Below are positions 55,478 to 64,000 of a DNA stretch of 64,000 nt, one piece after another (positions within the stretch are counted from its first letter, which is position 1; every line of letters begins with the position of its first letter). The stretch spans positions 3,732,829 to 3,796,828 of the forward strand of contig CM074807.1 in the NCBI GenBank assembly GCA_037447605.1. Reading direction: 5' to 3'. Made by a program: the position numbers and the translations under genes. The notes below the pieces were generated by a model. The model saw nothing but the letters and a program-made list of their open reading frames with translations, was not told where the DNA came from and did no database searches. Source of the stretch: Zygnema circumcarinatum SAG 698-1b. Its lineage: Eukaryota; Plantae; Zygnematophyceae.

Positions 55478-58400
55478 ATGGAGAGCTTTGCTGTGTATGC
55501 TGCTGAGAAGCAGCGCGTGCAGGGCTTGCTGCTAGCGGTTGCTTCAGCTGTGTGGAATGGCACTTTCAGTGTCCCGGCCAAGCTGGAGCGTGTGAAGAGA
55601 GCTAGGGTTTCGCCCGTAGTTTTCAATTTCTGGGCAAGGTAGGATGTAATGTTTCTGAATGCGACAAGCCAGATGATGAGGGAGATGTCAGTCGTGGTTG
55701 GTTGCAATTCATGAAACACAACCGGTGGCTGCACTTGCCAGGGATCAATCTTCAGCCATGATTGGTTCTGCTCAAGGTTCACATTGATCAAATACGGCAA
55801 TGTCTGGGCTTAACTACATGAGCATGTGAAGACTTCGATTGATTTCCTAGACTTTTTTTATATGGTTGCGAAGATGAAATTTAAAATGTCATTTACTAGT
55901 TCAGCCTACCTCCTGCATGATATCTACATCACTGCTGTTCAGGAAACGAACAACCCTGCATACCGGTGACAGAAAAGCAAAAAGTTGTCGCTAATGAACA
56001 CTTTCACAACGACAACTGTGTGGATGCAGTGTTGGGATCGTGATCAGTTGCGTCATATCGCTGCTGTTTGTGAGGCCTTTTGTTTGGGCGGCATGGGGGC
56101 TGCTCAGCGGTGTCCTCTTCGTCATCGCCACTGCGAATGCCTTTTTGGCAGTGGAGAAGTTGGGAGTCTCAAGTGTGTTCAAAACTAGAAGACGTTCAGA
56201 TTGATGATGACATGTGGAACTGTGGAGTCTTTACAGGAGCTCGAATCATCTTTAAATGCATTGGCTTTCAGTCTACCGTAAAGCTAGTAAGGTCTAAATC
56301 TTTGCCAATTTGAAGGAATACTGAGATCAGAGAATGGGGTAGGGGAGGGGATGTCATCGCAGTTGCTACCGGCCTTTGGTGTGGAGTGTCTGTCATAGGT
56401 AAGCATGAAAGCCTTTTTAGAACAGTAGCAAAGTGCAAGAACATTATTGTATCTTCGTCATCGATACTAATGTTGTTATTTTTACAGTTATGTTCCAGCT
56501 TTGTCTTTCATCGTGGAGGATCGCTATGTCATATGCGACATGTTTGTCCTATTTCCGTGCGATTTCATCCGATGCTAAGCCACAGCCTTTTCAAAACCTG
56601 CCAGAAGCTTCACGACCGGAGGAGCACAGTAATCTGACGAGTTTTCTCTGTGTTATGGACAGTTTCGTTTTTGGTTGGGCAAATTGTGGATCCGTCTGTT
56701 GAAAATTGGTTTCTAGCAATGACGGCAGTGATCGTATTGCTTCTCGGTATCGGTGAGCATAGGTTCTCCTAATACTGCATCATTTGCTTTTTTTTTTTTT
56801 TTTTTTTTTTTCAGTTTACTGTAGAACGATGCAAATTCCATTATGCTCGTCGGATATGATAAGGCACTTGATATTGTCTTGGTTTGACCGAGTATTCAGA
56901 GAACTACTGCACCAATTGTAGTCGTGACCCTCCTGATCTCTGCAAATAAAGCATTGGGTAGACCAACCAACCAACACAACCAACCAACCAGACCAACAGC
57001 ATTCACGGAAGTGTCAATTGCTCACGTGCTTAAGAAATAAATTCAGTTTATCATCAACAACCGGTGTTTCCAAAGTGGCCCTTCTAATTGCCTAAGTGTT
57101 CCTGAGCCGTGGCCCCTGCAGGTGGCGTAGCATTGGCAGGGCACCAAGGTAGAGTCGAAACAGGAGGAGAAGCTGAAGACACAGCAGAGCAGCTGCTGCC
57201 CTCTAGCGATGAGGTTGGTGCAAGCCGGGTCCAGCATGCTTGGAAGGAATGTGTTTTAAAGGGCACACAGATAAATTGTCAGAGCGATTCACGTTTGATT
57301 TTCTTAAAATCATTCTACCTCCAATCTTCAAATTTCATCTATATTTGACCTTCAATGGAGGAAGGGTTGTCTCTTATCATCCTAAAAGGCAAATATAGAT
57401 GAAAGGTGAATTTGTCCTTCTGAAAATAAGGAAGGTGAAGTTGTTTTGCGTGATTCTAATCCATCGTTTTGAGGAGGACGTCCAACAGCATGCGTTGGAA
57501 AGTGGTCTACTAAAAATCAGCTGCTATTCCATTTCTCTTTATGTGTCCTTCGGCGTTTTCCTTGCATCTTACAGGCAAGCAGTGCGGCAAAACAGAATTT
57601 TGTTGTTGGCACTTTAGCAGCAACGATTACAGGCACGCTAGGCGGCCTCATTTTGGTAAGAAATCTCAGCAAAGTGGATACATAACTCACTTAAGTCAAC
57701 AAACCTCTTTTTTTTCTTTAATTTCTTCCACGATAAAACGTTTCTGACTGCTTGACTCAAACGAGTTTTTCTCTTTTCCTGGAAACAGATACCCATGAAA
57801 TTTGAGGAATCGTACAAACAGGTCAGCGTTTTTCCATTGTATCCCAAAGCCACTGATCATTTCCAGTGGAATACTTGTTTACATGCTACCAAATATCGTG
57901 CTAAGATAATCCCGTTGTTGAGTAGCAGAATCTTAACGACCGATGGTTGCTTGTCTGTCTTCCAGTCTCTGTATACATCTCGCTGAGTCCACAAGCAGGC
58001 CCATGCAATGCAGACCGTAATTCTGTGACTCGTTTATATGCGACAGGGATTGCCGTACCTGCCGTCCTTTGGTTTGGGAGTGTTGCTGGGTGCCCCGATT
58101 GTGACGGCAATTCCTTTCGCCGTGAAGGGCTGTGCGCCTCCCATCCTTCCTTCTGACAGGACGGTGCCCCTACTGGGCATCTTTTCGGGGATTCTCTGGA
58201 ACGCGGGTACGACATGGCCTCCTCTCCTCTTGCTCTTTCTTACCTTGCGAGCCAACCTCACACTGTCAGCTCTGCTTGCATCACCTCTGGTTACACATGG
58301 CGGCATTAGTCTGCTAGAGGCAAATGACCCCATGGCTTGCTTGACACTGTCCGCATGTGCAGCCAACGCGTGCAGCATCATGGCCATCCAGAGCATCGGC

Positions 58401-58682
58401 TATTCCCTCGCATACCCGATGTGAGACTTATGCCCACATGTTGTTCCAGATGATTGCTTACGGAATTTGACATGGGAAATGTGATGTGATTGCTTGTTGG
58501 AGCTGACCAGAACCATGCATGCGGGGTATGTGTGCTGTGGCAGCATGCAATGTGGTTTGTTTGTTGCCGGCCTTTGGGGCATTCTGTTGTTTGGCGACAT
58601 TCGGGGGAGGACGCCTCTGGCGGGATACTGGCTGTCTGGCGCCACTCTCATTGTAGGGGCCACGCTTCTCTCTCTCGCCTGA
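55478..58682 (+). CDS. TMEM144-like drug/metabolite-transporter superfamily protein, 10 coding exons
   Basis: Phase-consistent exons: 55478-~55636, ~56031-56170, 56363-56398, 56663-56752, 57122-57213, 57575-57655, 57789-57821, 58047-58206, 58363-58420, 58544-58682. Two 5-TM halves: GLLLAVASAVWNGTFSVPAK...WGLLSGVLFVIATANAFLAVEKLG..IATGLW and GIFSGILWNAANACSIMAIQSIGYSLAYPIMQCGLFVAGLWGILLFGDIRG, which resemble TMEM144 (LWGIF.FKEIKG). A 5' extension from exon 55310-55343 is possible. Confidence 0.8.
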
Positions 58683-59196
58683 CGAAGGGGATGATGGTAA
58701 GGGGCCATCCTGAGTTCCTTTGGGCGAGTTCAGCTTGTGTGGGACAAAGGAACATACAGTTCCAGATGGGGTCTGTCAGGAGACCAAATTTATCTCGACC
58801 TGCACGGCCTGCTTCTTGGTAATTTGGTAAAGGACTAGGATTATGGTTAGATATAAGCTCCGGCGGCGAAGAAGGTGCGAATCTAGCCAGAAAAGATGTG
58901 TAAATAGACCCTAAGGCAAATTCAAAAAACCTAAAGATGTACGACTTTTTCGACTTCGACATTTTGCATGCTCCACGGATGTGAATGGTTCGCCGTACAC
59001 TTGCAAAAGAACGTCTTTTACAGCATGGCCCAATTGGGATTTCAAGAAGAAGCAATCCACTCTTACGTGTTTTAAAGAAAGGAGGGAGGCACAACAAAAA
59101 GTATACGGGGGAACCGAAAGACATAAAACTGGCAATGCGTATTAGTAACTATCAGTAACTTCAACTACAACAACGGTGGCTCCAAAGCTAACGCCC

Positions 59197-62100
59197 TCAA
59201 CCGTGTTGCCAGTAGAAGTTGGTCGTTCCTACCCTGCTGAGAGAGTCCAGCTGAGCAACTTCCTCCTCCGTCAGCCGCCACCCCATGGCTCCCGCATTGT
59301 CCTCCGCCTGCATCCGCGCATTCACGCCAGGATCAGCAAGACCTCCATCAACATGCTCCTATGGTACATTACGACTCATATCTATTCGATCTGTTTATTT
59401 TAATAACTTATTTAATTCCACCTGCTAAGTGCCATCTCTGCCGACTGGCAAACATTGTACATCACTTCTCACATCCAGTCACTCTCATTCTCTCTCTCAT
59501 TCTCTGTGGAAAATGATGTTAACACAGATAGACAACGCATGCCTTTCCAGACAATTACAGACTGATATGATGTGAGGATTCGGTTACACGCTTCCGGCAA
59601 TACCTGCTTTGCATTCTTCGCTCCAGGAATCGGTATCGTCCCTTTGCACCTGCATGCGGCTCACCGAAACAGAGAAGTCAAAGCAGCTTTGCATTCATTC
59701 ACATTATTGACCTACAAAGGGCTCACTCAAGTCAGGAGCCCAACGTTCCTCAAGTTTCTTATTCTTAGAACTGTATGCTGTAAACGTCTCATTTCAATTG
59801 AAGTCTGTCTACATTTCTGTCATGTCTGTCTGTCTGTCTGCCACAAGGAAAAAGGACCACTCACATGCACCAATTCAGCGCCACCTGGGCGGGTGTTTTC
59901 CCATATGCATCGCCAATACTTCGCATTTTCTGCAGTAGAGGCTCAATCTCAGCCATGGGCGCATCCCCAAACTTGCGATTCTTTGGAGGGGGATTTGCAG
60001 CTGAATACTTTCCTGCACATGTAGAGAAACACGGGAAAGAGAACAGAGGTTTTGACGCTAGAAACTATAACGGTCGATATTTTGGCAAGAGGGCATACGA
60101 ATGTATATGACAGGAAATTTATGTTTCAAGCAGACCAGCCTTCTTGTTTCTGGGAAAGGATCACAGGTAAATTGGGTCCCGACATACCTATCATCCTTGT
60201 CGCGAACATAATGGGCTAAAATTGCTCACATAGGTTGAATTTAGCAACGAATCTCATAAGGTTTGCAAAGATTTGGAAAGTTTTTAAATTGCAGTTTCGT
60301 TAATTTGAAGCTAAAACGTCATGCTACATTCTCCAAAGCCTAGAAAATTGATTCTCAAGCACCGGGTAAAGGAGTGTGCACCTGTAAGTCGTCCCATAGC
60401 CAATGGAGAATAGGCGAGAATGGTAACCCCAAGCTCGTCCGCTGCTTTCAGGAGCCCGCTCGCCTCTGGATGGGTTCGCAGAAGGGAGTACTCAACCTGT
60501 CCACCCATTCGTTTGCATGTGATGATGGATAATTTTAGATGCAAAATGTCTCAGAGTCTGAGATGAGCTATTGCCCTGCCCCTCCATTCTCGTCAAAACC
60601 CCTCCCTCCCTCCCTCCCTCCCCTCCCTCCCTAGACTCTTTCAAAGCCTTTACTCTGAAGAGACCTCACAATAGCACATGTTCATGCAGTCATATATCTG
60701 TACAACATATTCGTACAATCCAGAACCAGATGACTCTGTGGATGTCCCACCCTTAAGATTCAATGTTGGAGACAATTTCTTCATAAGAGGCAGTACCCAC
60801 CTGGTTGGAAGCCAACGGGATGCCTCGATTGGACAGCACTTTATGGGCCTTGCGGAGCTGTGCCTCATTGAAGTTGCTTACACCGACTGCAGCAGCCCAA
60901 TCATGATATCAGCGCAGACCATTGACTTTACAACAGTAAATCATTCTACTGTCTCTGCTGCACAGCTTCACACATGGCACAATCTAAGCAGAGTCCTCAC
61001 ATGCCGAGAGTTATTCGTGTAAGTCACTTCTGCCATACCCAACACAGTGTAATAGCAGAGCATCATAAAAAGGAGAACTCCCATTCCGCTTTTTAAGATA
61101 TGGAGGCATATACCTGCTTGGGTCAGGCCCTGGTCAAAAGCATCTCCTAAAGCCTCTGCCAACGTCTCAATGGAACAAAAGGTGAGGGCTGGCCCGTGGA
61201 TCTGTTCACACCACAGTTCAATGGTGGCCACGATTCCGAGTCAACAATGAGGGCGCCTTACATTGCACCAAAAAAGGAACTTAAGGAATTAAAGTGTCAT
61301 GAACCAATTCTTTGGAGAAAGCTGTCACAACTGTCATCATTATTTGCTCTGTGCAGAATGCCTTACTATATCTAGCACGGCATTGTGGTAGGACTTCATG
61401 ACTTTATACTGTTCCACTCATTTTGCCTAGCTTAACAAGATTCCAAAACTCTCATACTGGACATAAAAATAAAGTCGTTAATATACTGCATTGGAAGACG
61501 GGAAACACGGCCTACACAGGCCTTAATCTTTTGGTCTATCTTTTCATTTTTCTACCTAGTCAATCACAACAGAAATACGTTCCACTTCTGTGAGGAACGC
61601 GGAAGGTCAGAGAACTGCAGTAACTGACCTGATAAAGATCAACTTGCGAGCGACCCAATCGCTGTAAACTGCCTTTCAAATGTTGAACGAGGCAGCTGCG
61701 AGCGTTCCATTGCCAAGGAAGTGGCACATATTTTGTTGCCACTACGATCTTTTTCTCACCATTCCCCGAACCTTCAATCTTGTTAGCAAACTCACCAATA
61801 AGGTTCTCTGATAGACCTGCAGAAGAAAGATGATTTGGCATTGATCTCACGACGTCGATGCCACCAAATGTACATGGACAAAGACAAAGTGTAGAACCAA
61901 CGTGAAGCGGTCACATGACCTATGAACGAAAGAAAGAAAGGCTTTGAACGGGACTTTTTCTTCTTGGCCTAACATCACGCCTATAGAAGAATCCGCCAAG
62001 GTCGCCTGCAGAAGGATACAATGCTAACCACTCTCTCGTCAAGTCCGCCTTGACTTGGCTTTTTTCCACGCTAGTGGAAATCATTTAGAAGGCCTCAGAA

Positions 62101-63400
62101 AATTGTGTTGCAATGGTACAACTGAGGTGCGGATGCTGATTATTTTGCTAACTAAGGCAAGAGTAGAGGAAACAAGCAAATGTTTGCTATTGCTTGCTTC
62201 TTCTATTCTCTATGAATGAACTCTCAAGTATTAGTGTTGATGTTGATTAGAGCGTTATTGATTGTGCAGTTAATATGTATTTGAAAGCAAGAAGAACAAA
62301 GTTCATAGAGTGCATCAGAGATGCCATGCCTAAAGTGAAAAAAAGTGAATATGAACGACGCCTTATTACTACCAAACAATTCGATGGCAGAAAAGGAAAC
62401 ACATTAGCATGACTAAAAATATTCACGACGTTAGACACATTTGACAATATGGAGTGTGTTTCCTAACCCAGAATACAAGAGTTACAGAGAGTAGTACAAC
62501 AGCAAAACGAAACTTTCTTTTCTTGCATCGCAATGATGCAGCTGTTTCTCTCCGATCTCTCCCCATCTCTCCCCAGGATTCGGGGCTGATTCAGCCGTGC
62601 TTACCTTTGCCATACATTTCGGCCGTGTCAAAAAAATTGACTCCGGTGGCTAATGAAGCCTTCATCGCGTCCTCCACAGACTTCGCGTTGGCAGGGTCCC
62701 ATTTCCACGTACTCCTGCATTTTTTATGGATACAGCCGAGCGTCACATCAGTACTGTTCGAACAGCGCCTTGAGCAAATGCTCCAATGGGTTACAACTTT
62801 CATAAAAGGAGAATATTAAGAATGTATGGTCATGGTCTTCTCTAAATTCTCTGTAAAAGAATGTGACCTTGCCAATACTTCTCCTGATTCTGCTGATTCA
62901 CTAAAGAGTTCGCTTGCTGCTGAATCTACTACATGTGGACGGCAGACTATTGCTTCTTGCTCAATGACAACAGTAGAAATCCTTGCGTAGATATGCGAAC
63001 TCTCCAAGCTTTCCATCCTTCCGTATTATGTCCAAAAAGAATGCTGTACATAAATTTAGTTGAATACTCCAAACAAAGACTTTTTCATTCTTCATTATAT
63101 CGTTCAGTTCAAATATTCTGCGGTTTTTAAATCGCTGACTGCTGCTTTCAAACTCCTTATTCATTCAACTAAAGTGACACGAATTTATAGAGTATCTCAT
63201 TCTCACTTGTCTCCCCACGCCCATGTCCCAACGCCCATGGGCGAAACATTGACTCCTGTCCGTCCAAGCTTCACAAAATCCGCCAAGGGATTGGCCCTCC
63301 ATGGCCTCCCTCCCTCGCTGCTCCCCTCCTCTGCCATAGCTCTCCTCTCAACAGCGCTCGGCAGCTCCACTCCAGCCCCTACTGCAGCCGCTAAGGTCAT
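59197..63400 (-). CDS. Aldo-keto reductase (At1g06690/PLR1-like group), 9 exons
   Basis: Exons 63400 (or 63337)-63207, 62714-62605, 61816-61629, 61201-61114, 60886-60801, 60496-60382, 60012-59865, 59649-59604, 59307-59197. Catalytic tetrad in FFDTAEMYG, VATKY and YQIHG. Other motifs: VGVSNF, SNQVEYSLL, LAYSPLAMGRLTGKY, AQVALNW, PIPGAKNAKQ. Confidence 0.94.
61837..62000. repeat. Dispersed repeat family, copy D, in AKR intron 2 next to the 3' splice site
   Basis: GGCATTGATCTCACGACGTCGATG..AAATGTACATGGACAAAG...GAACCAACGTGAAGCGGTCACATGACCTA...GGCTTTGAACGGGACT...CTATAG. Confidence 0.7.
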
Positions 63401-64000
63401 CTACTGCAGAGCTGTCTCCCTCAGCCTCGTTTGTAGCGGAGCGCTCCAAGACAGCGACGTCAGCCATGGCGGCCTCGTCCCGCAATGTGATGCAGGTTCA
63501 GCTGCGGCGCAGCCATGGCTGCCGGCATGGCATGACACGTGGCGGCCGAAAGTTTCGCATGACTCGCATGGCACATGGTCCCAAGAAGCCATGGCCATGG
63601 CCATAGGCATGGGCATGGGCATGATGGCAAGGCATATGACGGTTTTCATAGTAGGGTGCACTACGACAACCATGGATGAGTGAGTGGTGAAGGAAGGCAC
63701 GAGGAGAGGGCAAGATCTTGCATTCTTATGCTTATGAAAACAAGAGACGCCACTCAACGACAGCATTGACTATACGGGTACCGAACAAAAAGGGACAGCA
63801 ATTGATTGTGCCTAAAAGCACCTTTCTATCGCCAGCGCTTTCTTTATGAGTTCATAACTAAAGAAGAAGAGGTTTCAACATTGATAAATGAGACCAAATA
63901 GCTTTCAGCTCGAGAAGCTGACTCACTACACTACACTATGTCCTACCAATGATGTACAAGAAAGAACTTTTTGGCTTTGCTCGAGATCAATAGCATCAAC

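Noticed and set aside
55310-55480. In-frame TGA (55430-32) inside an apparent N-terminal extension of the TMEM144-like ORF, suggesting readthrough or selenocysteine
   Set aside because: It falls inside a likely 97-nt intron (GTAAGG donor at 55344, TTGCAG acceptor at 55440), where CTGAG fits a branch-point position.

Overview
Eukaryotic nuclear DNA from the green lineage. It is intron-rich, carries a nuclear atpC with a transit peptide and has very long GA/CT microsatellites. A streptophyte alga or non-seed plant is my low-confidence guess. I reconstructed ten protein-coding genes by hand from GT/GC-AG junctions and codon phase: MBF1 (partial), ALG5, an intronless divergent AP2/ERF factor, ABIL, VPS26, YIF1, a strictosidine-synthase-like protein, atpC, UTP10/HEATR1 (about 19.5 kb) and a TMEM144-like DMT transporter, plus an aldo-keto reductase as an eleventh. 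There is also a tRNA-Arg(UCG) and an unassigned 120-aa ORF with a promoter-like upstream region. The most notable non-genic structure is a 2.4-kb island of nested non-autonomous DNA transposons upstream of the AP2 gene: a hAT inside a hAT with 8-bp TSDs, and a MITE inside a TA-flanked Tc1/mariner-like element. The island carries an 8-bp-period CCGTAC array resembling SBP/copper-response sites. An unrecognised repeat of about 150-190 bp with residual coding signal occurs in four co-oriented copies. I found no clearly new multi-gene system. Most long ORFs in the supplied track are artefacts of simple repeats or antisense frames. All calls are by eye and none were database-searched.
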